From Huintestinicola sp. (GTDB taxonomy: Bacteria; Bacillota; Clostridia; Oscillospirales; Ruminococcaceae), in assembly GCF_051882455.1 (NCBI RefSeq), contig NZ_JBJERV010000014.1, positions 22,920 through 86,919 of the forward strand: a stretch of 64,000 nucleotides of DNA, in the 5' to 3' direction. Both the position numbers and the translations under genes were made by a program. The notes under the pieces were generated by a model. That model was given only the letters and a program-made list of their open reading frames with translations, did no database searches and was not told the origin of the DNA. This document shows positions 28,041 through 39,046 of the stretch, piece after piece; the stretch's first letter is position 1; the number at the start of each line of letters is the position of its first letter.

Positions 28041-30674
28041 ATGAGTACAAAACAGTCACAGACGAAAAATAAAATCAGCGATATAGCCAAGGATCTGAAA
28101 ATTTCGGGTCAGGAGCTTGCGGAGTTTGTTAGCGCAAAGTTCGGTGCTGCCAAGAAGCCGTCCGCAAGTGTAAGTCAGGAGGAGCTGAATATTATTCTCG
28201 AGTATTATTCTCAGAATAATCAGGTAGACAGCTTCGATCCCTATTATGCATCAAGAAACGATAAGCCTGCACAGAAGCCCGCAGAGGAAAAGAAGCCTGC
28301 TGCCGAGAAAAAGCCTGCTGCAAAGAAGGCTGAGCCGAAGCAGGCTCAGAAGTCAGATGCTGCCGAAAAGGGCGCAAAGCAGGAAACTGCAAAGGCTCCC
28401 GCGCCTGCAAAGGAGAATAAAAAGCCTGAGGCTCAGAAGCAGGAAGCTCCCAAGGCCGCTCCCAAGGCTGAAAACAAGCCTCAGCAGACTGCTCCTATCC
28501 GCAAGGATACTCAGAAATCCGCTGTCGAGAAATTTGAGAGCCAGATACAGAAAACCAACGAGCAGAAGAAAAATCAGGCTGCCAAGGCTTCCGAAAAGAA
28601 GCAGGAAAGCAAGCCCGCGGACAACAAGTCCACAAAGACAAAGCTTGACGGCAATTTCTCCGCAGAAAGCGTAAAGGTGGAGCAGAAGACACGTACCGTT
28701 GACACAAGAGGAAGCTATGTTGATATCGACAAGTACAACGAAAAGTACGAGAATATTGCTCCTCTGAACGGCGGCGGAAGCGGCAGACACGGCAAGGATA
28801 ACTTCTCAAAGAAGCAGAAGCTCACCCAGAAGTCCGCTCAGAGAAACAAGCAGCAGTATTCCAGCAAAAAGGAGACTGAGGCAGAAAAGCTCCGCAGACT
28901 TGAGCTTGAGCGTGCAAGAAAGCAGCAGCTCAAAGTCCTTATCCCCGATGAGATCGTGGTTTCCGAGCTGGCTTCACGTCTTAAAGTCACCGCTACCGAG
29001 GTCATCAAGAAGCTTATGGGTCTCGGTGAGATGTGCACCATAAATCAGGTCATCGACTTTGACACCGCTTCTCTCGTTGCAGAAGAGCTGGGCGCAAAGG
29101 TGGAGAAGGAAGTTATCATCACCATTGAGGAGAGACTTATCGATGACAGCGACGATGACGGCGAGGGTGTTGAAAGAGCACCTGTTGTAGTTGTTATGGG
29201 TCACGTTGACCATGGTAAGACATCTCTTCTCGACAGGATAAGAAACGCAAATGTTACCGCCTCCGAGGCAGGCGGAATTACCCAGCACATCGGCGCATAC
29301 CGTGTCAACTGCAAGGGCAAGGAGATCACCTTCCTGGATACTCCCGGTCACGAAGCCTTCACATCGATGCGTGCAAGAGGCGCATCCGTTACGGATATCG
29401 CTATCCTGGTAGTTGCGGCTGACGACGGAATCATGCCCCAGACCGTTGAGGCTATAAATCACGCAAAGGCTGCGGGTGTAAGCATTATCGTTGCCATCAA
29501 TAAGATGGATAAGGAGGGTGCAAATCCTCAGAATGTTATGCAGCAGCTCACCGAGCATAACCTTGTTGTCGAGGAATGGGGCGGCGATGTTATCTGCGTT
29601 CCCGTTTCTGCAAAGACAGGTATGGGTATTGACGATCTTCTCGAAAATATCCTTCTCGTTGCCGAGGTTGCTGAGCTTAAAGCAAATCCCAACAGACTGG
29701 CAAAGGGTACTGTTATCGAAGCACGTCTTGACAAGGGCAGAGGTCCTATTGCAACTGTTCTCGTTCAGAACGGTACTCTTCACACAGGCGATATCATCAT
29801 CGCAGGCACTGCTGTGGGCCGTGTAAGAGTTATGACCAATGACAAGGGCGTTGTTGTACACGAGGCAGGTCCTTCCTATCCCGTTGAGATAACAGGTCTT
29901 GCAGAGGTTCCCTCCGCAGGCGATATCTTCAATGCGGTTGAGGACGAACGTCTTGCAAGAGAGCTTGTTGAGCAGCGTAAGCACGAGGCTAAGCAGGAGC
30001 AGTTCAAGCAGTATCAGAAGGTAACTCTCGACAACCTGTTCAGCCAGATCGAGCAGGGCGAGATCAAGGAGCTTCCCATCATCGTCAAGGCGGACGTTCA
30101 GGGCTCTGTTGAGGCTGTGAAGCAGTCTCTTGAAAAGCTCTCCAACGAGGAAGTCCGTATCAGAGTTATCCACGGAGCTGTGGGTGCCGTTTCCGAGGGC
30201 GACGTTATGCTTGCAAGCGCGTCAAACGCAATTATTGTAGGCTTTAATGTACGTCCCGACCCCGTTGCTGCGGACAATGCAGAGCGTGACGGCGTTGATA
30301 TCCGTCTGTACCGCATTATTTACGACGCTATCGAGGAGATAAGCACCGCTATGAAGGGTATGCTTGCTCCCAAGTTCAGAGAGATCGCTATGGGACGCAT
30401 CGAGGTAAGACAGGTCTACAAGATATCCAGCGTTGGTCTTGTTGCAGGTTCCTACGTTCTCAGCGGCAAGGTAACGAGACAGAGCCAGATAAGAGTTGTC
30501 CGCGACGGTATTGTTATCGCCGAGGATAAGATGTCAAGCCTCAAGCGCTTCAAGGACGATGTAAAGGAAGTTGCTGAGGGCTACGAATGCGGTATCACAC
30601 TTGAAAAATTCAACGATATCAAGGAAGGCGATATCTTCGAGGCATTCATCATTGAGGAATATCGTCCCGACTGA
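28041..30674 (+). CDS. infB: Translation initiation factor IF-2
   Basis: [30 protein letters not shown]. Confidence 0.98.
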   Translation: MSTKQSQTKNKISDIAKDLKISGQELAEFVSAKFGAAKKPSASVSQEELNIILEYYSQNNQVDSFDPYYASRNDKPAQKPAEEKKPAAEKKPAAKKAEPKQAQKSDAAEKGAKQETAKAPAPAKENKKPEAQKQEAPKAAPKAENKPQQTAPIRKDTQKSAVEKFESQIQKTNEQKKNQAAKASEKKQESKPADNKSTKTKLDGNFSAESVKVEQKTRTVDTRGSYVDIDKYNEKYENIAPLNGGGSGRHGKDNFSKKQKLTQKSAQRNKQQYSSKKETEAEKLRRLELERARKQQLKVLIPDEIVVSELASRLKVTATEVIKKLMGLGEMCTINQVIDFDTASLVAEELGAKVEKEVIITIEERLIDDSDDDGEGVERAPVVVVMGHVDHGKTSLLDRIRNANVTASEAGGITQHIGAYRVNCKGKEITFLDTPGHEAFTSMRARGASVTDIAILVVAADDGIMPQTVEAINHAKAAGVSIIVAINKMDKEGANPQNVMQQLTEHNLVVEEWGGDVICVPVSAKTGMGIDDLLENILLVAEVAELKANPNRLAKGTVIEARLDKGRGPIATVLVQNGTLHTGDIIIAGTAVGRVRVMTNDKGVVVHEAGPSYPVEITGLAEVPSAGDIFNAVEDERLARELVEQRKHEAKQEQFKQYQKVTLDNLFSQIEQGEIKELPIIVKADVQGSVEAVKQSLEKLSNEEVRIRVIHGAVGAVSEGDVMLASASNAIIVGFNVRPDPVAADNAERDGVDIRLYRIIYDAIEEISTAMKGMLAPKFREIAMGRIEVRQVYKISSVGLVAGSYVLSGKVTRQSQIRVVRDGIVIAEDKMSSLKRFKDDVKEVAEGYECGITLEKFNDIKEGDIFEAFIIEEYRPD

Positions 30675-30698
30675 TAACAGAAAGGCGGCGCAGCAGAT

Positions 30699-31082
30699 AT
30701 GCCTAATTTTAAAAACGCAAGATTATCCGAGGACATAAAAAGAGAGATATCCGGTCTCATATGCGAGCGAATCAAGGACCCGAGAGTAAAATTCGGACTG
30801 GTTTCAGTAGTCCGCACCGAGCTTTCGGGAGATAATTCCCACTGCAAGGTGTATATTTCCCATCTTGACGGCATGGAGGCTTCCAAAAACGCCGTCAAGG
30901 GACTTGAAAGCGCTTCCTGGATGATAAGAAAGGAAATTTCCAACAAGCTCCATCTGAAAAAGTGTCCCGAGCTGAAATTCATTGCCGACAATTCCATCGA
31001 GCACTCCGCAGAGATCGCAAAAATGCTTGAGGATATGGATATACGGGACGATGAGGAAGCTGACGGAGAAGAGGAAGAATAA
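30699..31082 (+). CDS. rbfA: Ribosome-binding factor A
   Basis: IKDPR, PELKFIADNS; follows infB. Confidence 0.93.
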   Translation: MPNFKNARLSEDIKREISGLICERIKDPRVKFGLVSVVRTELSGDNSHCKVYISHLDGMEASKNAVKGLESASWMIRKEISNKLHLKKCPELKFIADNSIEHSAEIAKMLEDMDIRDDEEADGEEEE

Positions 31083-31105
31083 AAATTAAAGGAGAGGCGA
31101 GGAGC

Positions 31106-32086
31106 ATGAACGGAAAATCTCAGAGCATAAGCATTGCAGACGCTGCAGGCTTTCTGAAATCAAACGACAATTTTTATATCCTTACCCATTTGAGTCCCGA
31201 CGGAGACGCTATGGGAAGCGGTTTCGGGCTTTGCTTCGCTCTGCGGGCAATGGGAAAAAAGGCTAACGTTCTTTGCTCCGACCCTTTTCCCAAAAGATAC
31301 AGCTTTCTTTACGGCGAATACGCTCCCATGAAGTTCACTCCCCAGACCATCGTAACGGTGGATCTGGCGGATACGACTCTGTTCGGAAGAGAGCTGCAGG
31401 TCTATGGGGATTATGTTGATCTTGCCATAGACCACCACATTTCCAATACAAAATATGCCGCAAGGCTTCTTCTTGACGGAAATGCCACAGCTGCCTGCGA
31501 GGTGATATATCAGGTGCTCAAGGAGGGAAATATGCCCATTGACAAACAGGTAGCTGCCTGCCTTTACACAGGCATCGCTACCGATTCGGGCTGCTTTAAG
31601 TTTGAAAACACCACTCCCAAGGCGCATATGATAGCTGCCGAGCTTATGGGCTTCGGTATTCCCTTTGCCAAGATAAACCGCCAGCTTTTTGATATAAAGA
31701 GCAAGGCGAGATTTATGGTGGAGCAGTATGTCATCAACAATCTTGAAACATACCTTGACGATAAATGTGCAATGATAGCCGTTACCTCGGAGACTGTAAA
31801 GGAAACAGGGCTTGCTCAGGAGGAATTTGAGGGGCTTGCTTCCATTCCCATGCAGATAGAGGGCGTTGAGGTGGGCGTGACCATCAAGGAGAAGGAGCCG
31901 AATAAATTCAAGGTATCTATGAGAAGCGCAGAAAGCGTTAACGTTTCTGATATATGCGCAAAGCTTGGCGGCGGCGGTCATATGAGAGCCGCAGGCTGCA
32001 CCGTTGAGGGAGATCTTTCTCAGGTGAAGCTGAAGCTTTTGTCGGTAATTGCGCCTGCAATGGGGTTTGATCTATGGCTGTCGTAA
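31106..32086 (+). CDS. nrnA: DHH/DHHA1 oligoribonuclease/pAp phosphatase
   Basis: HLSPDGD, IDHH, TDSG, GGGGH. Confidence 0.9.
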   Translation: MNGKSQSISIADAAGFLKSNDNFYILTHLSPDGDAMGSGFGLCFALRAMGKKANVLCSDPFPKRYSFLYGEYAPMKFTPQTIVTVDLADTTLFGRELQVYGDYVDLAIDHHISNTKYAARLLLDGNATAACEVIYQVLKEGNMPIDKQVAACLYTGIATDSGCFKFENTTPKAHMIAAELMGFGIPFAKINRQLFDIKSKARFMVEQYVINNLETYLDDKCAMIAVTSETVKETGLAQEEFEGLASIPMQIEGVEVGVTIKEKEPNKFKVSMRSAESVNVSDICAKLGGGGHMRAAGCTVEGDLSQVKLKLLSVIAPAMGFDLWLS

Positions 32087-32985
32087 ACGAGCTTAACGGA
32101 ATTATATGCGTAAACAAGCCTGCGGGCTTCACCTCCTTTGACGTAATCGCAAAAATGAGAGGTATCCTTAAAATGAGACGTCTCGGACATGGGGGAACTC
32201 TCGACCCTATGGCTACAGGCGTTCTGCCCGTTTTTGCGGGAAGCGCCGCAAAGGCAAGCGAAATGCTGCCCGATCATGATAAGGTGTATGAAGCAGGCTT
32301 TCAGCTGGGCATTGTCACGGATACGCAGGACTCAACGGGCAAGGTGCTTTCCGAAAGCAATATTTCAGTGAGCAGAGAGGCTCTGGAAAAGGCTGCGGAG
32401 AAGTTCAGGGGCGATATTATGCAGATACCGCCTATGTATTCCGCTGTTTCGGTAAACGGCAAGCGGCTTTACGAGCTTGCAAGGCAGGGCGTGACAGTTG
32501 AGCGCAAGCCCCGTCCCATTACCGTTTATTCTCTTGATATTCTTGAATATAACGAGGAAAACAGGACGGGCAGGCTGGAAATTGCCTGCTCGAAGGGTAC
32601 TTATATCCGCACGCTTATTCACGATATGGGCGAGCTTATAGGCTGCGGCGGGATAATGACTTCTCTCATGAGAACTGCTGCCTGCGGATTTTCGCTGTCC
32701 GACTGCGTTACACTTGAGGAACTTCAGCAGGAAGCCGACAGGGGAGGGGATTTCTCCACATTTTTGCTGCCTGTTGCGGAGGTGTTTGGATATCTGCCGA
32801 AAATTCGCCTCAGCGAAGCGCAGGAGAGAATGTACCGAAACGGCGTTCGGCTTGATATTGACAGGGTGAACAGGGAAGTTAGTGACAGCGAACGATATGC
32901 CGTATACGGCGTTTCGGGATTTATCGGGACTGCCACTATATGCCCTGCGGAACGGCTTTTGCGGGTGGAAAAGAACTTTTTCTGA
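32074..32985 (+). CDS. truB: tRNA pseudouridine(55) synthase
   Basis: GHGGTLDP, PPMYSA, SKGTYIR. Confidence 0.96.
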   Translation: MAVVNELNGIICVNKPAGFTSFDVIAKMRGILKMRRLGHGGTLDPMATGVLPVFAGSAAKASEMLPDHDKVYEAGFQLGIVTDTQDSTGKVLSESNISVSREALEKAAEKFRGDIMQIPPMYSAVSVNGKRLYELARQGVTVERKPRPITVYSLDILEYNEENRTGRLEIACSKGTYIRTLIHDMGELIGCGGIMTSLMRTAACGFSLSDCVTLEELQQEADRGGDFSTFLLPVAEVFGYLPKIRLSEAQERMYRNGVRLDIDRVNREVSDSERYAVYGVSGFIGTATICPAERLLRVEKNFF

Positions 32986-32996
32986 GGTGATATGAT

Positions 32997-33926
32997 TTGA
33001 TAGAATTGTCGCCCGGCTTTAAGATGGACGGCAGGGGAACCGCTGCCGCTCTCGGCATCTTTGACGGAGTACACCGTGGTCACAGGGCGGTCATTGACAA
33101 GGCTGCGGAGGAGGCGGAAAAAAACGGTCTTGCTCCTGCGGTCTGCACCTTTAAAACAGGTACTGTAAACACTAAGGGAAGCGGCTACCGTCCGATATAC
33201 AGCGATGAAACAAAGCTTGTGCTGCTGGAAAAAGAGGGCGCCGAATATGTATTCATTCCCGATTTTGCCGATGTGAGGGATATGAGTCCCGAGGACTTTG
33301 CGGAAAAGATACTCCGCGGAGTTCTGAATGCCCGTATAGTTGTATGCGGCAGGGATTTTCGCTTCGGTAAAAATGCTGCCTGCTCGGCAGAGGGGCTTAA
33401 AGAAATATGCGGACGTCTCGGAATGAGGCTCTGCGTGGTGGACGATGTTACCGAAAAGGGTATCAGGATATGCTCGGCGGACATCAGAAGATATATTTCC
33501 GAGGGGGATATCAAGTCCGCAAATCTTCTGCTGGGTCATAACTATGCCATAACCGGAAAGGTGATACACGGGAACTGTTTGGGCAGGACGATGAATTTTC
33601 CCACAGCCAACCAGAGTATGCCCGAAAAAAACGTTATGCCCCGTTTCGGAGTTTACGCTTCATATGCGGAGCTTGACGGGAAAATTTACAGAGGCATTAC
33701 CAATATCGGCGTAAAGCCAACGGTGGACAGCTCGGGTATCCCCCTGGCAGAAACCCATTTCCCCGGATTTTCGGGGGATATTTACGGCAGAGAAATAGTT
33801 GTGAGACTTTACGATTTTATCCGCCCGGAGATAAGGTTTAACAATACGGACGAGCTTCGCGCTCAGATAAACAGCGATGTAAAACGGGTAATGTCGGCTT
33901 CCGAAGCCGCTTTGCCCTTGATATAA
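32997..33926 (+). CDS. ribF: Riboflavin kinase / FAD synthetase
   Basis: FDGVHRGH, GRDFRFG, FPTAN, NIGVKPT; TTG start after GAGGTG. Confidence 0.94.
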   Translation: MIELSPGFKMDGRGTAAALGIFDGVHRGHRAVIDKAAEEAEKNGLAPAVCTFKTGTVNTKGSGYRPIYSDETKLVLLEKEGAEYVFIPDFADVRDMSPEDFAEKILRGVLNARIVVCGRDFRFGKNAACSAEGLKEICGRLGMRLCVVDDVTEKGIRICSADIRRYISEGDIKSANLLLGHNYAITGKVIHGNCLGRTMNFPTANQSMPEKNVMPRFGVYASYAELDGKIYRGITNIGVKPTVDSSGIPLAETHFPGFSGDIYGREIVVRLYDFIRPEIRFNNTDELRAQINSDVKRVMSASEAALPLI

Positions 33927-33953
33927 AATTTAACTGAAAGGAATTTGCTAAAA

Positions 33954-35417
33954 ATGGACGTTTCAAAGAGAATACGCACCCGTTTTGCTCCCAGCCCCAC
34001 AGGCTTTATGCATATCGGAAATCTGCGTACCGCCATTTATACTTATATCATTGCGAAAAAATACGGAGGAGACTTCATTCTCCGTATCGAGGACACCGAC
34101 CAGGAAAGATACGTTGAGGGAGCTGTTGAGAAGATATATGACACCCTGAGAGTATGTGGTCTTAACTGGGACGAGGGTCCCGATGTAGGCGGTCCCGTGG
34201 GTCCCTACATTCAGTCGGAGAGAATGGACCTGTACAAGGAATACGCTCTGAAGCTTGTTGAGTCGGGTCACGCATATTACTGCTTCTGCACCAAGGAGAG
34301 GATCGACGCTCTTCACAAGGCTCAGCAGGAGGCAAAGGTATCGAATATGATGTATGACCGTCACTGCCGCGATCTGCCTGCGGAGGAGGTACAGAGACTG
34401 CTTGACGCGGGTACTCCTTATGTTATCAGGCAGAAAATGCCTCTCGAGGGCAGCACTACCTTCCATGATGTGCTTTACGGCGATATCACCGTTGAGAACA
34501 CTATCCTTGACGATCAGGTGCTTATCAAGGCTGACGGTATGCCCACTTACAACTTTGCAAATGTTATCGACGACCATCTTATGGGCATTACCCACGTTGT
34601 AAGAGGAAACGAGTATCTTTCCTCTGCGCCCAAGTATAATCTGCTTTACGAGGCATTCGGCTGGGAGGTCCCTCAGTACATTCACGTTGAGCATATTATG
34701 AGAGACGCTCAGCACAAGCTTTCCAAGCGTGACGGAGACGCTTATTTCGGCGACTTTGTTGAAAAGGGCTTCTATGTTCCCGCGATCATTAACTATATTG
34801 CACTTCTGGGCTGGGCTCCCAAGGGCGAGAACGAGATATTCTCCCTTTCCGAGCTTGTGGAGGAGTTTGACATAAGCGGACTTTCCAAGTCTCCCGCAGT
34901 GTTTGATATCGTGAAGATGAAGGCAATAAATGCCGAGCATCTGAGACGTCTTTCCCACGATGAGTTCAAGGCTCTGGCGCTTCCCTATATCCGTCAGACC
35001 TGCAAGCGCGAGGACATCGACATCGACGTGCTTATCAATACTCTCCAGCCCCGAACCGAGCTTTTCACCGATATCCCCGAAAAGGTGGATTTCATTGACG
35101 AAATGCCCGAGTACAGCGAGGAGCTTTACTTCAACAAGAAGATGAAGACCGATCCCGAGACGGGTCTTGAGGCTTTGAAAATGCTTCTTCCCGTTCTTGA
35201 AGGCGTTGACGAGTGGAACGAGGAGAATATCCACGCCGCTGCATTTGCGGAGATCGAAAAGCAGGGAGTCAAGAACGGCTTTATGCTCTGGCCTCTGAGA
35301 GTTGCGCTTTCGGGCAAGCCCCTTACCCCCGGCGGCGGAATCGAGCTTGCGGCTGTTCTGGGTAAAGATGTTACCATCGAAAGAGTTAAAGCCGCGATCG
35401 CAAAGCTTGAGAAATAA
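33954..35417 (+). CDS. gltX: Glutamate--tRNA ligase
   Basis: RFAPSPTG, HIGN, LRIEDTD, KLSKR. Confidence 0.96.
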   Translation: MDVSKRIRTRFAPSPTGFMHIGNLRTAIYTYIIAKKYGGDFILRIEDTDQERYVEGAVEKIYDTLRVCGLNWDEGPDVGGPVGPYIQSERMDLYKEYALKLVESGHAYYCFCTKERIDALHKAQQEAKVSNMMYDRHCRDLPAEEVQRLLDAGTPYVIRQKMPLEGSTTFHDVLYGDITVENTILDDQVLIKADGMPTYNFANVIDDHLMGITHVVRGNEYLSSAPKYNLLYEAFGWEVPQYIHVEHIMRDAQHKLSKRDGDAYFGDFVEKGFYVPAIINYIALLGWAPKGENEIFSLSELVEEFDISGLSKSPAVFDIVKMKAINAEHLRRLSHDEFKALALPYIRQTCKREDIDIDVLINTLQPRTELFTDIPEKVDFIDEMPEYSEELYFNKKMKTDPETGLEALKMLLPVLEGVDEWNEENIHAAAFAEIEKQGVKNGFMLWPLRVALSGKPLTPGGGIELAAVLGKDVTIERVKAAIAKLEK

Positions 35418-35608
35418 TTTATGAAATACAGCGCACAGCGATCGAAAATTATCATTTTTCACCGCTTACGCTGTATTATCACGTGACTTTCACATTAACG
35501 CGGTAAAATTTATATAATACTGATGATTTTTCAATTTCGGGGCGGCGTTTCTGCTGCCTCGGCTTTTGAATGAAAAGGCAAAGCTCTCAGAAAGGAATGA
35601 TCTGAAAA

Positions 35609-36697
35609 ATGATAGAGGTCAAAAACCTTACCAAGCAGTACGGCGCAAAAAAGGCTGTGGACAACATTTCCTTTACCGTAAACGACGGCGAGATACTGGG
35701 CTTCCTGGGACCCAACGGAGCGGGAAAATCCACCACTATGAATATCCTTACAGGCTACATTTCCTCCACAGACGGAGAGGTTCTTATTAACGGCATTGAT
35801 ATTCTGGACAATCCCACCGCCGCAAAAAAAGAGATAGGATATCTTCCCGAGATCCCTCCTCTTTATCCCGATATGTCCGTTAAGGAGTATCTTAATTTCG
35901 TTTACGATCTGAAAAAGTGCAGGATACCGAGAGAGGCGCACATTGACGATGTGTGCAAGCTTGTTAAGATAACAGACGTTTATAACAGGCTTATCAAGCA
36001 CCTTTCAAAGGGCTACAGACAGCGTGTGGGCATGGCTCAGGCGCTTATCGGAAACCCGAAGATACTTATTCTCGACGAGCCTACGGTAGGTCTCGACCCC
36101 AAGCAGATACTTGATATCAGAAATCTTATCAAAAGGCTTGGCAAGAAGCACACAGTCATTCTTTCCTCTCATATCCTTTCTGAGATCCAGGCTGTCTGCG
36201 ACCGTATCGTTATCATAAACAAGGGCGAGATAGTTGCGGACGACACTACCGAAAATCTTACCAAGGCAGTTTCCGACGATCTGAGATACACAGCAAGGAT
36301 AGACGGTCCCCGTGAAGAGGTCATCAAGCTCATCAAGGGCATAAGGGGCGTTGAGGACGTTACCGCCGAGATGGAAAGAGAGCCCGGAATTTATGATTAC
36401 GAGATAGAGGTCGCAGAAAATTCCGATATCAGACGTGACCTTTTCAAACGCCTTGCAGAGCGAAACTGGTATATGCTGGGTCTTAGATCAAATGAAATGA
36501 CCCTTGAGGACATATTCCTCAAGATCACTATGGGCAGCGATGTCAAGGTGGGCGCAAAGCCTGTGGACGAAAAAACTCAGAGAGAGCTTATGGAACAGGT
36601 CTCGGGAGCTGTGATGGCAGCTGACGCTGTAAGCCGTATGAAAATATCCGACGGCAGCGAAGAGACCGAAAGTGAAAGCGACGGAGGAGAAGAATAA
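35609..36697 (+). CDS. ABC transporter ATPase (GldA-like)
   Basis: GPNGAGKST, LSKGYRQRVG, LDEPTVGLDP. Confidence 0.92.
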   Translation: MIEVKNLTKQYGAKKAVDNISFTVNDGEILGFLGPNGAGKSTTMNILTGYISSTDGEVLINGIDILDNPTAAKKEIGYLPEIPPLYPDMSVKEYLNFVYDLKKCRIPREAHIDDVCKLVKITDVYNRLIKHLSKGYRQRVGMAQALIGNPKILILDEPTVGLDPKQILDIRNLIKRLGKKHTVILSSHILSEIQAVCDRIVIINKGEIVADDTTENLTKAVSDDLRYTARIDGPREEVIKLIKGIRGVEDVTAEMEREPGIYDYEIEVAENSDIRRDLFKRLAERNWYMLGLRSNEMTLEDIFLKITMGSDVKVGAKPVDEKTQRELMEQVSGAVMAADAVSRMKISDGSEETESESDGGEE

Positions 36698-37404
36698 TGG
36701 GTGCTATCTATAAAAGAGAAATGAAGGCATTTTTCACATCGCCCATCGCATATATCTACCTTGCTATTTTTTATGCGATAAGCGCATTCTACTATGTGGG
36801 CAACAATATCATGGGTGCCACCACAGATATGTCCTACGCATTTCTCGGCATATTTATGATAATAATGCTTTTTATACCGCTTCTTACTATGAGACTTATG
36901 TCAGACGAGAAGAAGCAGAAGACCGACCAGGGACTTCTTACCGCTCCCGTTAATCTGGCGGAGATAGTTCTGGGAAAATTCTTTGCTGCGGCTACGGTTT
37001 TCATTATCGGAATGGCGATTTACGTTCCTTATGTTCTGGTGCTTTACAGCCTTGCAGGAAATCTTCCCTGGGCGACTGTCATCGGCAATTTCGTGGGACT
37101 CCTGCTTGTGGGGACCTCCTTTATTTCCATCGGACTTTTCGTTTCCTCACTTACCGAGATACAGATAGTTGCGGCTATTGTGAGCCTGCTCATCAACTTC
37201 CTGCTGTATATGATCGACATTTTTGCTTCGAGAGTTACCTTTGCTCCGCTCAAGCAGGCAATGGTGGCTGTGGGCTTCTATAACAGATACACCGAGTTTA
37301 CTCAGGGTATCCTTAATATCACAAGCGTTGTATTCTTTATCAGCGTAATATTTGTTTTCAATTTCCTTACGGTAAGGGTGCTTGAGCGCCGCCGCTGGAG
37401 CTGA
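36697..37404 (+). CDS. ABC-2 permease (GldF-like)
   Basis: REMKAFFTSPIAY and PLLTMRLMSDEK; about 6 TM segments. Confidence 0.88.
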   Translation: MGAIYKREMKAFFTSPIAYIYLAIFYAISAFYYVGNNIMGATTDMSYAFLGIFMIIMLFIPLLTMRLMSDEKKQKTDQGLLTAPVNLAEIVLGKFFAAATVFIIGMAIYVPYVLVLYSLAGNLPWATVIGNFVGLLLVGTSFISIGLFVSSLTEIQIVAAIVSLLINFLLYMIDIFASRVTFAPLKQAMVAVGFYNRYTEFTQGILNITSVVFFISVIFVFNFLTVRVLERRRWS

Positions 37405-37432
37405 GGATTTTTAACTGAAAGGAATGTATAAA

Positions 37433-39046
37433 ATGGCTAAGAATAAAAAAGAAGCTGAAATAAAGGCTGATACCGCTCCTGCGAATGAGAATGCCGATGC
37501 AATGACATTTTCTGAAGCTGAGGCAGTTTCAGAAAATGCTCCGAAGAAAAAGGGCGGCTTTAACAGGAGAAAGCTGAAATACGGCTCTATTGCCGCTGCC
37601 ATTACTATTATCGTGGTGGCTATAGTGGTGCTTGTCAACGTTATTGTTAACATTGCTTCAAACAAGGTCAATATGTCCATCGACCTTACCACCAACGGCA
37701 ATTTCGAAATATCTCAGCAGACTATCGATTATCTCGAGACCTTAAATCAGCCTGTCAATATAGTTTGTCTCTCCGACGAGCTTACCTTCCAGACTGCTAC
37801 GTATATTTACTACAAGCAGGCTTACGAGGTGCTGAAAAAATATTCCATTTACAGCGATTATATAAATCTCAAATTCGTTGATATGGTTTCAGACCCCACC
37901 TATGCAGAGCGATACAAGGAGTCATACAAGGGCGAGATAAGCCAGTACAGCATTATCGTGGAAAACGAGGCGAACGGCCGTATCAAGGTTTTCGGTATTC
38001 AGGATCTTTACAATACCGAGTCACAGTTTGATTACAGCAGCTTTTCCTATTACGATGTTCCCGTTTCCTCAAAGGCGGAGCAGGAGATAACCTCCGCTAT
38101 CATGTATGTCACCGACCCCGACCCCATCAAGGCTGTTGTATTTAACAGCGAGACCTCGGGTACCTCCTATGACAACGTATTTAACCTCCTTTCCGCTAAC
38201 GGCTACGAGGTAAGCGAAATGGATCCGCTTTCGGGAACTATTCCCGAGGAAACGGATATCGTTGTGATAAACGCTCCTCTCAACGACTATGACTCTTCCG
38301 TTATTGATATGCTCTACGCTTTCCTTGACAATGGCGGAAAGCTTGGCAAGAGCCTTATCTATTTTGCGGATTACAGTCAGAAGACTACTTCCAATATCGA
38401 CACATTCCTTGAGGAATGGGGTATCCGTGTGGAAAACGGCATTGTTGCCGACAGTGATGTTAACAATCTCCAGAGCCAGAACCTTTATGTTATCAGAGAT
38501 TACATCGCTGAGAATGATTATTCCACAAATCTTGCTTCGGCAACTCTGCCTGTAATAGATTTCCAGTCCAGACCCCTTACGCTCCTTTTTGATAATAAGG
38601 ACACAAGAAGCACTGTTCCGCTGCTTCAGACAAAGGATACCGCTTTCATTATGACCGAAGAGATACAGCAGGCTATCAAGGACGGCGACGCCTCCGGTAT
38701 ACAGTACGGCGTTCAGACCACAATGGCTCTCGGAAGAAAGCATATCTTTGACGAGGATAATAATCTGGTATTCAGCAATGTGCTTGTTATCGGTTCCTCG
38801 GAGACTCTGGACGAAAGCTTTACTTCCACCACATATTTCAACAACGGCGATTACTTTGTTTCCGTTGTAAACACAATGGCAGGCAAGAACAGCGGTATTT
38901 CCATTGTTGCCAAGGACCTCGGCTCGGACAGCTTCGATATGGACCAGGGTACCGCAAACAGATACTTTATCCTGTTTATTATTGCTGTTCCCGCTGCTGT
39001 TCTTATTATCGGTGCTGTGGTATTTATCAGAAGGAGAAGCAAGTAA
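37433..39046 (+). CDS. GldG-family ABC auxiliary protein
   Basis: N-terminal TM, IDLT, EQEITSAI, FLDNGG, C-terminal TM followed by RRRSK. Confidence 0.8.
   Translation: MAKNKKEAEIKADTAPANENADAMTFSEAEAVSENAPKKKGGFNRRKLKYGSIAAAITIIVVAIVVLVNVIVNIASNKVNMSIDLTTNGNFEISQQTIDYLETLNQPVNIVCLSDELTFQTATYIYYKQAYEVLKKYSIYSDYINLKFVDMVSDPTYAERYKESYKGEISQYSIIVENEANGRIKVFGIQDLYNTESQFDYSSFSYYDVPVSSKAEQEITSAIMYVTDPDPIKAVVFNSETSGTSYDNVFNLLSANGYEVSEMDPLSGTIPEETDIVVINAPLNDYDSSVIDMLYAFLDNGGKLGKSLIYFADYSQKTTSNIDTFLEEWGIRVENGIVADSDVNNLQSQNLYVIRDYIAENDYSTNLASATLPVIDFQSRPLTLLFDNKDTRSTVPLLQTKDTAFIMTEEIQQAIKDGDASGIQYGVQTTMALGRKHIFDEDNNLVFSNVLVIGSSETLDESFTSTTYFNNGDYFVSVVNTMAGKNSGISIVAKDLGSDSFDMDQGTANRYFILFIIAVPAAVLIIGAVVFIRRRSK

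Noticed and set aside
28250-28700. Repetitive AAGCCTGC/K-P-A sequence in infB
   Set aside because: Ordinary low-complexity IF-2 N-terminus, not an array.
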